Counted from the stretch's first letter, positions 45,366 to 55,435 are shown. The stretch is 64,000 nt of DNA from Candidatus Taylorbacteria bacterium RIFCSPLOWO2_01_FULL_48_100 (GCA_001821135.1 MHSA01000012.1:6341-70340), one strand, 5' to 3'. The notes: a model not told the origin generated them from the letters alone. Made by a program: numbers and translations.

Positions 45366-47819
45366 ATGGCGAAAAAAATATCCAAATCTGGAAATAACTT
45401 TCTAACTGAGCGCGAGGGTCAGATTAAATTTTTCGACGATTTCAAGATAAGTGTCGATGTCGAACTTACTCATAATACCGATGGTGTATATAAGGGTACA
45501 TTATTCGAGTTCAAACTCACCGTATCAGACATTAACAAAGCACTTTTTCAAGCCATAAAATATCTCAGTCACAGACGAATTAGAGGTGAACCAGTGCCAG
45601 CGCAGATCTTACTCGTAGCACTCAACGAAGAGAATGCATATTTATTTGATTCTGGCGATTTCCTTACAGAGATTGAAAAGGTTTATGCTGGTGCTGCTAG
45701 TAAAAATAATGCTGATTTTAGCACTAAGATTAAACCGGAAAAAATTGATTACGGTGAGGCATTTGGCCTGCAACATATCAAAAAAATCCTAAACAAAGAA
45801 CACTTCACTAAAATAAATATTGATGTTTTTGATGTTGTCGGTTGGGCAAATCGATTTTACCGAGAAAACCCATCTGCTAGTAAAATCGAACTTTTCAAGG
45901 AGCTGCGTGCACCAAAACATTTTGCAACTTACATTTATCCATGGACAGGCGATGAAAAAGATTTCAAGTACATCATGGACCTTCTCAATGACACGCAACA
46001 CAAAAAAGAACTCGGTGCCTTTTATACACCACCAGCGTATTGTCGCAAAGCCACGGAATTAGTCCGAAAAGCTATTAGGCAAATACCGGTTGGCCACGAT
46101 TACATTATTCTTGATCGATGCGCCGGTACGGGCAATTTGGAAGAATTCTTAACCGATAAAGCGGTAAAAGATATAACTATCGGTGAGTTAAGCCGCTACA
46201 TCGATAACACTCTTAAAATAAAATATCTGCAGGACAAGGCTGATATTATTGCAATATTTTATAACAAGCGAAATTTTAACGAAATCACCGTTGGAGAATT
46301 GGAGAATCACAAAACCGGTCTCTCACTTTACGATTATATTTTTGACGATGAGCTATCTCATACCATCGTCAATACCTACGAGTTAAAAGAATGGATAGTG
46401 TTGAACTGGCGCATAGGAAATCGTGTCAAGCTCATAATTCCACCGCCACAGGAGATTGATAATACTGAATCGTTAGTCGATGGTGGCGATGCACTAAGTG
46501 TGCAATTTGTTACTGGCCAGAAGTCTATCGGTATGACGGATGAATATAATGATAGCATCGATATGCTTTCGGAGTGTGTCAAAAACAAAAAGACAAACAT
46601 TATTTTATATGAAAATCCGCCCTATCGAGATACGACATCTAATACGCATTTAGCAAGTTCTGGGAAAGGCGCGAATTTTGTTAAGGATGAAATGGCATCT
46701 GAAAAGAGGTGGGGTGCTACGCAAAACGATATTGCCAACCAATTTATTTGGTCAGGATGGAAGCATTATCTCACAAAGCCAGATGATTATTTTGTACTTT
46801 TCAGCCCCATAAAGTATTGGAAATCACTTGGTCTTGGTGAAAAGAAATTCATTGACGGCTTTTTGTTTAACCGCCAATTTTTTCATGCTGGTCCTAGTGC
46901 TATCAGTTGTATTTTATGGAACAATACTAACGACAGTCGTGAGTCGTTAACACTTAAAGCTTTTGATATAGACACGAATAACACACCAGAACAAGAAGAC
47001 GACACAATCGTTTATTTCAAAGATATAACAGTCAACAAAGTACATGAATCGTTGAAGCCATATTTTGATAAACGAAGATTTGATGACGATGTCGATATCT
47101 CCGTTGTTGTCGAACTATCTGGTCTTGAATCGTCTAAAAAGATTACAAAAAAACCAATCTACAACAAAAATATAGTCGGCCATATAAGAATCACAAGCTT
47201 CAATCTTGATCCGATAAGCATGTCATTGACTACAGTGGTAACACATAACGGTCTAACGAAGACAATTGGTTTTTATTTGCGTTCTGACAATTTTATTGAA
47301 AAATTACCTCTATTTGCAGCCAAACTGTATCCGCAAAAAAATTGGTATGAGCGCGACACATACTTTACTACAGCCGATGGTGGTGACCGTTATCTAAAAG
47401 ACAAAGATTTTTTGAAAGCATGTTTTATATTTGCTTGTATTAGTCAGCGCAACCATTGTCGGAGCTTCGATGGTAGCGATGGTCGATTTTACAAGAACGA
47501 GCTTTGTTTTGATAAAGGCACGGTGGCAAGTAGCAAACTAAAAAGCTACAAATTTACTAATCAGGAACTGGATTTGATAGATACTTTTACAGATGTGCTT
47601 ACAAAAGCAAAATCTACTAAAGAGTACAACTCAAAGTACACATATGGAACATATCAAATCGACGAAGAACTTAACACTCGCTATAAAAATGATAACGATG
47701 AATGGATCTACGATTATCCGGAACTCAACACGGCGATTAACAGTTTAAAGACGAAATTAGCTAAGTATTATGAGATCGCTATTCAGCCAAAGCTGTTTGA
47801 ATATGAACTACTAAAATAG
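45366..47819 (+). CDS. Fused restriction endonuclease-methyltransferase (type IIG-like)
   Basis: TDG..LFEFK..QAIKY nuclease; LGAFYTP, ILDRCAGTGNL, ENPPY MTase motifs. Confidence 0.8.
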   Translation: MAKKISKSGNNFLTEREGQIKFFDDFKISVDVELTHNTDGVYKGTLFEFKLTVSDINKALFQAIKYLSHRRIRGEPVPAQILLVALNEENAYLFDSGDFLTEIEKVYAGAASKNNADFSTKIKPEKIDYGEAFGLQHIKKILNKEHFTKINIDVFDVVGWANRFYRENPSASKIELFKELRAPKHFATYIYPWTGDEKDFKYIMDLLNDTQHKKELGAFYTPPAYCRKATELVRKAIRQIPVGHDYIILDRCAGTGNLEEFLTDKAVKDITIGELSRYIDNTLKIKYLQDKADIIAIFYNKRNFNEITVGELENHKTGLSLYDYIFDDELSHTIVNTYELKEWIVLNWRIGNRVKLIIPPPQEIDNTESLVDGGDALSVQFVTGQKSIGMTDEYNDSIDMLSECVKNKKTNIILYENPPYRDTTSNTHLASSGKGANFVKDEMASEKRWGATQNDIANQFIWSGWKHYLTKPDDYFVLFSPIKYWKSLGLGEKKFIDGFLFNRQFFHAGPSAISCILWNNTNDSRESLTLKAFDIDTNNTPEQEDDTIVYFKDITVNKVHESLKPYFDKRRFDDDVDISVVVELSGLESSKKITKKPIYNKNIVGHIRITSFNLDPISMSLTTVVTHNGLTKTIGFYLRSDNFIEKLPLFAAKLYPQKNWYERDTYFTTADGGDRYLKDKDFLKACFIFACISQRNHCRSFDGSDGRFYKNELCFDKGTVASSKLKSYKFTNQELDLIDTFTDVLTKAKSTKEYNSKYTYGTYQIDEELNTRYKNDNDEWIYDYPELNTAINSLKTKLAKYYEIAIQPKLFEYELLK

Positions 47820-47852
47820 TATAGAAAATCCCACTCTCTTTCAGAAAGTTAT

Positions 47853-47897
47853 CAGATGTTATGCAAAACCCACAATCGGGCAAAAGGTAATCGTTAA
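47853..47897 (+). pseudogene. C-terminal remnant of an HNH nuclease gene
   Basis: QMLCKTHNRAKGNR* with no upstream ORF. Confidence 0.55.
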
Positions 47898-47910
47898 AAA
47901 ATTATAACAC

Positions 47911-47945
47911 ACACCCGATGTTTGAAGCCCATCAACATCGGGTGT
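47911..47945. repeat. GATGTTGA-family palindrome
   Basis: ACACCCGATGTT-tgaagcccatc-AACATCGGGTGT. Confidence 0.8.
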
Positions 47946-47964
47946 TGTGGAATGGATGAATTGC

Positions 47965-48030
47965 CTAGTTTGATTTCACCTTCAGTTTTGTCTGCCTGTC
48001 CTTGTCTATTTTCGGGAGCTTGATGATGAG
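47965..48030 (-). pseudogene. Duplicated 3' end of the Hsp20 gene
   Basis: Encodes LIIKLPKIDKDRQTKLKVKSN*, versus ...KVRSN* at 48164-48229. Confidence 0.85.
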
Positions 48031-48163
48031 GTCATGTTTTTTGTTATCCACATAAAGGGCTTGCGCGATAATCTATCTTGTGTATAATAGTGCTATTAAC
48101 ACCACTGCCCCTGCTCGCAAGAGCAAGGGCAGTTTTGTATATTCGTTTGCGAAAAGATACAAA

Positions 48164-48637
48164 CTAATTACTCCTGACTTTCAGCTTCGTCTGGCGGTCT
48201 TTGTCTATTTTCGGGAGCTTTATGATGAGGAGGCCGTGCTTTTCGGAGGCCTCTGACGCTTCAACATCTATTTCTTGCGGAAGAAGCACTGTGCGCGAGA
48301 ATGAACCCCAGTAGAGCTCTTTGTGGAAAAAGTCCTCGTTTTCAACTTCGTGTGATTCCTCGCGCTTGCCTTTGATGGTTACCATATCGCGCGTAATAGA
48401 CAAATCTAAATCATCCGGCCGCACGCCTGCGACCATTGTTTTTATAATCAAATCATCAGGTGTCTGATACACATCCACGGCAAGCTCGCCATCCTCGCTT
48501 TCGGAGATGAGTTCTTCCGGCACCTCGCTTTTTAATTCTTTTCCATTCTTGCGCGGCACAAGTTTGCGCACGGGCTCCTTCTCTTCTTCAGGAACTGCGC
48601 CCGTGAGCCGTTCAAAAAATGAGCGTTTACGAATCAT
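48164..48637 (-). CDS. Hsp20/alpha-crystallin small heat-shock protein
   Basis: VDVYQT, AGVRPDDLDL, ELYWGSFSRTVLLP, HGLLIIKLPK. Confidence 0.93.
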   Translation of the reverse strand: MIRKRSFFERLTGAVPEEEKEPVRKLVPRKNGKELKSEVPEELISESEDGELAVDVYQTPDDLIIKTMVAGVRPDDLDLSITRDMVTIKGKREESHEVENEDFFHKELYWGSFSRTVLLPQEIDVEASEASEKHGLLIIKLPKIDKDRQTKLKVRSN

Positions 48638-48683
48638 GGTTGAAAGTATTGTAACATAGACAGTCAAGCGAGTAATCCACAGG

Positions 48684-49364
48684 TTAGCGTGGGAGGCGCT
48701 TCACCTTCTCAAACACCGCAAGCACGACAATAATAGTCGCCCACGCAACTGCAAATGCAATCATCAGCGCGTTGTCTTTTTCGGTATTGATAATCAAATT
48801 AAACGCGGCGTGCAGAGCAACCGCAACGAGCAAGCCAGCAAAAATCGCCGCGTCCTTAATTTTCTTGCTTTTGTAAAAGAAAAACGCGGCGAACGCGCCG
48901 ATAATAGATGATGCGGCAATGTGGAGAAGCGTCGCGCCGATGAAGCGAAGATTCCCCGTGAGCAAGCTTTTGGTAATATCGCCGTTTGCAAGCGGTGCAA
49001 TGAGGAAGAGAGTATTTTCCAGCGCGGCGAAGCCGAGCGCCGCGGTTAGCATATATATCATCGCGTCAATCGGCTCGTCGCAAAATCTCTTGCGTAGCGC
49101 AAGCCACCACGCGAACCCAAACTTGAACACTTCTTCTATTGTCGCCCACAACACAAGCGTCGTGGAAAAAGCGAAACCCATTTTCATAATAGAACGCTCG
49201 GCAAAGTACGCTGTTCCCGCAGCGAGCATTCCACCGATAAAGGTAAGCACGAGCGCGCCGCGCGGTTCCGGATGCAAGCGGTCTTCCTTCAGCCAAAACC
49301 AAAGCCATAGAAGAGCGGGGAGAACGCCGCCAAGAAGAGCATAAAGAAGTGTTGATGCATTCAT
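48684..49364 (-). CDS. PrsW-family intramembrane protease
   Basis: EDRLHPEP, IEEVFKF, LGFAALEN, LHAAFN. Confidence 0.9.
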   Translation of the reverse strand: MNASTLLYALLGGVLPALLWLWFWLKEDRLHPEPRGALVLTFIGGMLAAGTAYFAERSIMKMGFAFSTTLVLWATIEEVFKFGFAWWLALRKRFCDEPIDAMIYMLTAALGFAALENTLFLIAPLANGDITKSLLTGNLRFIGATLLHIAASSIIGAFAAFFFYKSKKIKDAAIFAGLLVAVALHAAFNLIINTEKDNALMIAFAVAWATIIVVLAVFEKVKRLPR

Positions 49365-49370
49365 ACTATT

Positions 49371-51446
49371 TTATGCAAGAGACCATTTTTGCACTATAAG
49401 CATACCTTCTTTTTCTTTCGGCTGCTTCCACAACTGCCAAATTTCTTCCGTAATAAACGGCATAAATGGATGGAGGAGTTTCAGTGTGTTTTCTAAAAGG
49501 TAATGAAGTGTCGCGCCTCGCTCCTGCATTGTTTTGCTTTCCTCAATAATTTCGTCTGCGAGGCGATGCCATAGATAATGATAGATTTTTTCGGCGGCGA
49601 GGTGGAAGCGGTACTCCTCCATATCACTGGTGATGTCGCGCGCAAGCGCGTCAAACTCTTTTTTGAGTGCTTCATCTATTTCACCTGTATTTTCGCGCGA
49701 GAGAATATATCGCGCGATATTCCACACCTTGTTTGCAAAGTGTTTATATCCTTTTATTTTATCCTCTGAAATGTTGGTGTCCGTCCCGGGCGTGTTGCCG
49801 ACAATGAGTGCCATTCGCCCCGCATCCGCGCCAAATTTCTTTGCGACATCTATCGGGTCTATGCCGTTGCCGAGGGATTTTGAGAATTTCCTGCCCTGCG
49901 CATCGCGCACAAGGCCGTTCAAATAAACAGTGCGAAACGGAACAACTCCGAGTGCATATTCCGACATCAGAATCATCCGCGCCACCCAGAAAAATAAAAT
50001 ATCAGAACCGGTTTCCAGCACATCAGTCGGATGGTATGTTTCTAAATCCTTTGTTTTCTCAGGCCAACCGAGCGTAGAAAATGTCCAAAGTCCAGATGAG
50101 AACCAAGTGTCCAGAGTATCTTCCTCTCCGTCAATCGGAATCTTGTGCCCGTACCAAATCTGGCGCGAGATGCACCAGTCGCGCAAGTTCTCAATCCAGT
50201 GAAAATATGTTTTCGCAAAGTGTTCAGGAATTATTTTTATCTCACCTTTTTCCACCGGCTCGCGCATAAGCTCTTTCAGCGTTTTATTTCCGCGCACTGG
50301 AATCGGCTTGTTTACATCTATAAACCACTGCAATTTCGGAAGCGGCTCAATGATGCCGCCAGTGCGTTCCGCAGTCGCAATATTGTGCGTAATGTCTTCT
50401 TCCTTTTCTAATAATCCTTTTTCTTTGAGCCATGCGTTCACAATTTCGCGCGCTTCCGTAACCTTCTTACCTTCTACGAGCGCACCCGCATTTTGCATCC
50501 GCGCATATTCATTGATAATGATGCGTGTCTTGTCCAGGCCGTTCCGCTCCGCAATCTCCCAATCCGTCTGGCTATGCGCGGGAGTTATACCAACCGCACC
50601 GGTGCCGAATTCCGGGTCCACTTCCGTGTCTCCTACAACTTTGATGGAAAGCGGAACGCCGGCAAAGTCGGCGAACGCAAATGTCTGCCCGATATATTCC
50701 TTCAACTTTCCATCGGGATGCACCGCAACGCCCGTGTCGCCTAGTTTTGTTTCGGGGCGCGTCGTAGCAATCGGGATAGGGAAGTCCTTCGCGTAGCGAA
50801 AGGTATACAATTTTGTTTTCTGTTCAACATAAACAATCTCATCGTCTGAAATTGTTGTTTGGCCTTTCGGGTCCCAGTTGACAATGCGATTACGGCGGTA
50901 AATAAGCCCATCATCGTGCATCATTTTAAACATCGCACGGACTGCCTCACTGCGTTTTTCATCAAGTGTAAACGCCTCACGCGACCAGTCGCAACTCGCC
51001 CCCATCGCCTTTATTTGTGAGACGATAGTATCGTGGCTCTCTTTTGCAAATTTTTCCACGCGCTTCAGGAATTCATAGCGCCCAAGGTCGTGCCGTGTTT
51101 TCTTTTCTGTTTTATAAATATCTTTCTCAACGCGCGCCTGCGTTGCAATCGCCGCATGGTCGGTGCCTGGAATCCAGAGTGTCTTATATCCGCGCATCCG
51201 TTTGTAGCGCACCAATATATCTTGAATAGTTAGCATCAGCGCGTGCCCCATATGCAACACGCCGGTTACATTCGGCGGAGGCATAATGATAGTGAATGGC
51301 TTCGGTTCCGGAGCTTTGCCCTGCTTCGCCAAGGCTACGGCAGGGTGCGCCTCAGGCGCAAAAAACCCGCTGTCTTCCCACTGCTTGTAAATCCGCGCTT
51401 CGGTATCAGCGGATTGGTACGGCTTCGTGAGTTTTTCGGGCAGCAT
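49371..51446 (-). CDS. valS: Valine--tRNA ligase (no C-terminal coiled coil)
   Basis: PPPNVTGVLHMGH, DWCISRQIWYGH, DTWFSS, KFSKS. Confidence 0.96.
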   Translation of the reverse strand: MLPEKLTKPYQSADTEARIYKQWEDSGFFAPEAHPAVALAKQGKAPEPKPFTIIMPPPNVTGVLHMGHALMLTIQDILVRYKRMRGYKTLWIPGTDHAAIATQARVEKDIYKTEKKTRHDLGRYEFLKRVEKFAKESHDTIVSQIKAMGASCDWSREAFTLDEKRSEAVRAMFKMMHDDGLIYRRNRIVNWDPKGQTTISDDEIVYVEQKTKLYTFRYAKDFPIPIATTRPETKLGDTGVAVHPDGKLKEYIGQTFAFADFAGVPLSIKVVGDTEVDPEFGTGAVGITPAHSQTDWEIAERNGLDKTRIIINEYARMQNAGALVEGKKVTEAREIVNAWLKEKGLLEKEEDITHNIATAERTGGIIEPLPKLQWFIDVNKPIPVRGNKTLKELMREPVEKGEIKIIPEHFAKTYFHWIENLRDWCISRQIWYGHKIPIDGEEDTLDTWFSSGLWTFSTLGWPEKTKDLETYHPTDVLETGSDILFFWVARMILMSEYALGVVPFRTVYLNGLVRDAQGRKFSKSLGNGIDPIDVAKKFGADAGRMALIVGNTPGTDTNISEDKIKGYKHFANKVWNIARYILSRENTGEIDEALKKEFDALARDITSDMEEYRFHLAAEKIYHYLWHRLADEIIEESKTMQERGATLHYLLENTLKLLHPFMPFITEEIWQLWKQPKEKEGMLIVQKWSLA

Positions 51447-51658
51447 ATTCTTATATATTAACAAGAAAAAACCCGCTTTGCACACCCCCGCATTTTAATT
51501 GCGTATTATAAGATAGGTAATTAGTGAATGCGGTGGTGAGAAGTTGCACTTTTATTGTTTTTGTCATAAAGATCCTTTCTGGTATGTGCTAGCATAGTAG
51601 CATACCTATGTCAAGCGTTTTCATTTTGGCGGAAAACAGGCATACTATCCGCACGCGT

Positions 51659-52726
51659 ATGCTTAAGAACTACTGGAACAAAATTAAGAGCAAGTTTTCT
51701 AACGATATTGCGATTGACCTCGGCACTGCGAACACGCTCGTGTATGTGCGCGGGAAGGGAATCGTCATAAACGAGCCGTCGGTGGTCGCCGTGAATCAAA
51801 AAACAAATCAAGTGGTTGCGGTCGGCTCTGCGGCGAAGGAGATGCTCGGCCGCACACCACAGCACATTATTGCGGTGAAGCCGATGGTTGGCGGCGTCAT
51901 TTCGGATTTTGAGGTTACGGAAGAAATGCTTGCGTATCTTTTGCGCCGCGCCGAAGGCGGAAGCCGAAGCATACTTGGACCGCGCGTGATTGTCGGCGTG
52001 CCGGCTGGTGTTACGAATGTTGAAACGCGCGCAGTGCGCGATGCGACCGAAAGCCGCGGCGCGCGCGAAGTGTTTCTTGTGGACGAAGCGCTCGCGGCGG
52101 CGGTTGGTATGCGCCTTCCTATAAAAGAGCCGGTTGGCACGATGGTTGTGGACATTGGCGGCGGCACTTCCGACATCGTAGTCGTTTCTATGGGCGGCAT
52201 CGTGCGCTCAAAGGGGCTTAAGATTGCCGGCGACCGATTCAACAGCGATATCACCAATTTCATTCGTGCTGAACATAAAGTGCTTATTGGCGAAAAGACA
52301 GCGGAGAGCGTAAAAATTGCGCTTGGTTCCGCAATACCACTGCGCGAAGCGCTTCAGACATCCGTGCGAGGTCGCGACATCATTACAGGGCTTCCGCGAG
52401 AAATCGTAGTAACCGACTCGGATGTGCGCGATGCGCTCGCACCGTCGCTGGACATTCTACTTGAGTCAATTCGTGAAGTTCTGGAAGGAACGCCGCCGGA
52501 GCTCGTATCCGACATTATGCGTCGCGGCGTGCATGTGGTCGGAGGCGGTGCTCTTTTACGCGGATTAAGCGAATTGATTGAAGAGCATATGAAGATTCCA
52601 GTGCATATTGGAGAAGAACCGCTTACGGCGGTTGCGCGCGGCGCTGGCATTATCCTTGAACGGCTTGACGAGTTTTCCGATTTACTAACAGAACCCGACT
52701 CCAATGAACTACCTCCTCTGGCATAA
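51659..52726 (+). CDS. mreB: Rod shape-determining protein MreB
   Basis: IDLGTANTLV, EPSVVA, VDIGGGT, GGGALLRG. Confidence 0.96.
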   Translation: MLKNYWNKIKSKFSNDIAIDLGTANTLVYVRGKGIVINEPSVVAVNQKTNQVVAVGSAAKEMLGRTPQHIIAVKPMVGGVISDFEVTEEMLAYLLRRAEGGSRSILGPRVIVGVPAGVTNVETRAVRDATESRGAREVFLVDEALAAAVGMRLPIKEPVGTMVVDIGGGTSDIVVVSMGGIVRSKGLKIAGDRFNSDITNFIRAEHKVLIGEKTAESVKIALGSAIPLREALQTSVRGRDIITGLPREIVVTDSDVRDALAPSLDILLESIREVLEGTPPELVSDIMRRGVHVVGGGALLRGLSELIEEHMKIPVHIGEEPLTAVARGAGIILERLDEFSDLLTEPDSNELPPLA

Positions 52727-53480
52727 GCGTACGCGTGCTGGTCTCCTACGCGCTTTGGGTGGCGCGACGGTTGCAGTCGTTGCTATTTTCTTCTTGCAGT
52801 GGCTCGCACCCAATATGCTCGCGCCGTTTGCGGTGCGCATTGCCGAGCCGTTCTTTTTTGTGGAAGCGTCTATCTCGAGCGCAGGTGAAGGTATTTCCGC
52901 ATTTTTCCGCTCGCGCGCTGGTCTCGCGTCAGAAAATGCAGCACTTAAGGAGGCGCTCGCGGACGCGCGCGCCGAGAATGAATTTATGAAAGCGATTTCG
53001 GCAGTACAGAAAGACGGCGCGGTTTTTTCTGGCGTTGGAGAAAATACAATAATCGCGTCAATCCTTTCGCGCCCGCGCTGGAGCGCGTACGATACATTGA
53101 TTATCGGTGCGGGCGTGGCTGGTGGCGTGGAAGTCGGTATGCGCGCGTTCGCGTCTGGGTTTGTAATCGGGGAAGTTGTGGAAGTTGGAAGTCGTACCGC
53201 TTCGGTTTTTCTGTATTCAACGCCGGATAGAAAAGTGGTCGCGCAGATTGCGGGAAAGTTCCCCACAGAACTTGCTGGGAGCGGCGGCGGGACATTTGAG
53301 GCAATCGTTCCGCGTGGACTACCCGTGTCCGTAGGTGACGGCGCGTTCGCTCACGATATTTCTCCGAAATTGTTTGCGATTGTAGATGCAGTTGCCGAAT
53401 CTGGCGAGGGGACAGCAAAAATATATCTACGCCTCCCCATCAACATTTTTGAACTGCGTACAGTGGAGGTTGGTATGTAA
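52704..53480 (+). CDS. mreC: Rod shape-determining protein MreC
   Basis: TM + coiled coil, YDTLIIGAG..GVEVG, IGEVVEV; follows mreB. Confidence 0.8.
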   Translation: MNYLLWHKRTRAGLLRALGGATVAVVAIFFLQWLAPNMLAPFAVRIAEPFFFVEASISSAGEGISAFFRSRAGLASENAALKEALADARAENEFMKAISAVQKDGAVFSGVGENTIIASILSRPRWSAYDTLIIGAGVAGGVEVGMRAFASGFVIGEVVEVGSRTASVFLYSTPDRKVVAQIAGKFPTELAGSGGGTFEAIVPRGLPVSVGDGAFAHDISPKLFAIVDAVAESGEGTAKIYLRLPINIFELRTVEVGM

Positions 53481-53495
53481 ATACGAAATATCTTT

Positions 53496-53768
53496 ATGTC
53501 TCTCTACCGCATACTCGCAATCATTGTGCTTTTGGTGTCCGCGACTGTGTCACCGCACCCAATCACGCTTGCGCTCGCGGCAATCGGTATTTTTTTGTTT
53601 CCAAGATTTTGGGAAGCGGTTGCGTGTGGTGTATTTTTGGACGCGCTCTACAGCGTGTCGGAACCGCGTTGGTTCGGATTTCAATTCATATATACGGTTA
53701 TAATGCTAGCATTGATTGTCGCAATAGAGCGGTTAAAAAAATCACTGCGATGGTATTCCAGAAATTAA
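53496..53768 (+). CDS. Short MreD-like membrane protein
   Basis: Hydrophobic, GVFLDALY; lies between mreC and PBP2. Confidence 0.6.
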   Translation: MSLYRILAIIVLLVSATVSPHPITLALAAIGIFLFPRFWEAVACGVFLDALYSVSEPRWFGFQFIYTVIMLALIVAIERLKKSLRWYSRN

Positions 53769-55435
53769 AAAAAACAAAAAGGCGAGGAGGAGAAATATCG
53801 CCCGACGAGATTTTTCTTGACGACATTAATCTTCCAAAGTTTGATAAATCGCAACTGGAGGGGCGTATTGAGCGTCCTCTTGGATCTGGCTCTGCGCTTG
53901 CGTTAGGAGCATTTTTCGTTCTCGCGCTATTCGTATTCGGCGGTCGTCTGTGGCAAATTCAGATTACAGAAGGCGAACAATATGCAGAACGGAGCCGCGA
54001 CAATACGCTTAAAACAACGCCGCTTTTCGCGGAACGAGGCGGTATTACAGATAGAAACAGAGAACCGCTCGCGTGGAATACACCCGACCCCGAGCATCAG
54101 GAATTTTTAGCGCGCAGTTATACGGCGCGCGCTGGCTCGGCGCATGTAATTGGTTTTCTCAAATATCCGACCAAGGACTCATCTGGATTTTATTTTCGCA
54201 ATGATTTTAACGGAATTGCCGGCGCTGAACGCGAATATAACGAAGTGCTTTCCGGCGAAAATGGAGTGCGCACAATTGAACTGGATGTGCGAGGAAGCCC
54301 TATTTCAGAGAGTTTAATTAAACCACCGAAACGCGGAAATGATTTACTGCTTTCCGTGGACGCGCGTCTATCCGAAGCATTGTACGGATTTCTGATGGAG
54401 CGCATTCGCGCGGCTCCATTTGAGGGAGGCGCGGCGGCAATTATGGATGTATCAAACGGAGAGATAATAGCACTGACGAGCGCTCCTGAATATGTACCGC
54501 AAGTTCTATCCGACGGCACTGACTCGCGTCGCATAAATGGTTTTGTATCCGACCAGCAGAAGCCGTTTCTGGACCGCTCCGCGGCGGGCTTGTATGCTCC
54601 CGGCTCTGTCGTAAAGCCGCTCCTCGCCGCCGCGGCGCTTGAAGAAAACATCATCTCGCCAGAAAAGAAGATTTTGAGTACGGGCTCCATCTCAATTCCT
54701 AATCCGTACGACCCTACACGCACTTCCGTTTTCAACGACTGGAAGGCGCACGGGTGGGTGGATATGCGCGATGCGCTCGCCGTGTCGTCTGATGTGTATT
54801 TTTATGAAATCGGCGGCGGATTTGAAGATCAAAAAGGACTCGGCATCGCACTCATAGAGAAATACTTTCGCTTGTTCGGCTTAGGCGAAGAACTAGCCGA
54901 CCCGCTTCTTGGGCAAGCGTATGGAACAATTCCAAGTCCCGCATGGAAGAAAATTTCATTTCCAGACGATCCATGGCGTGTTGGCGACACATACAATACA
55001 TCAATCGGACAATACGGAATGTTAACTACGCCTTTGCAAATGCTTCGCGCGATAGGCGCAATTGCAAACGGCGGAAACCTGCTTGAGCCGTCGCTCATTG
55101 CCGGCGAGACGGCGAGTGCGCGCCGAGTGCCCGTGTCGGAAGAACATTTGCGCGTTGCCCGCGAGGGTATGCGCCGCGCCGTAACGTGGGGTACAGCAAG
55201 CGGGCTTTACTTGCCGTTTGTTTCCATAGCGGCAAAAACAGGAACTGCCGAAATAGGTATTGCAAAGAAAAGAGTTCATTCATGGGTAGTCGGTTTCTTC
55301 CCGAGCACAGCGCCGCGCTATGCGTTTGTCGCGCTTTTGGAAAAAGGACCGAGCGCAAACACAATCGGCGGCGTGTATGTAATGCGGCAATTTTTTGAGT
55401 GGCTCTATGCAACTGCGCCGGAGTATCTGAAATAA
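53750..55435 (+). CDS. mrdA: Penicillin-binding protein 2
   Basis: RGGITDRN, PGSVVKP (SxxK), SSDVYFY, KTGTAE. Confidence 0.9.
   Translation: MVFQKLKKTKRRGGEISPDEIFLDDINLPKFDKSQLEGRIERPLGSGSALALGAFFVLALFVFGGRLWQIQITEGEQYAERSRDNTLKTTPLFAERGGITDRNREPLAWNTPDPEHQEFLARSYTARAGSAHVIGFLKYPTKDSSGFYFRNDFNGIAGAEREYNEVLSGENGVRTIELDVRGSPISESLIKPPKRGNDLLLSVDARLSEALYGFLMERIRAAPFEGGAAAIMDVSNGEIIALTSAPEYVPQVLSDGTDSRRINGFVSDQQKPFLDRSAAGLYAPGSVVKPLLAAAALEENIISPEKKILSTGSISIPNPYDPTRTSVFNDWKAHGWVDMRDALAVSSDVYFYEIGGGFEDQKGLGIALIEKYFRLFGLGEELADPLLGQAYGTIPSPAWKKISFPDDPWRVGDTYNTSIGQYGMLTTPLQMLRAIGAIANGGNLLEPSLIAGETASARRVPVSEEHLRVAREGMRRAVTWGTASGLYLPFVSIAAKTGTAEIGIAKKRVHSWVVGFFPSTAPRYAFVALLEKGPSANTIGGVYVMRQFFEWLYATAPEYLK

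Noticed and set aside
44567-47960. Integrase-type island at tRNA-Phe
   Set aside because: No integrase and no duplicated tRNA 3' end found
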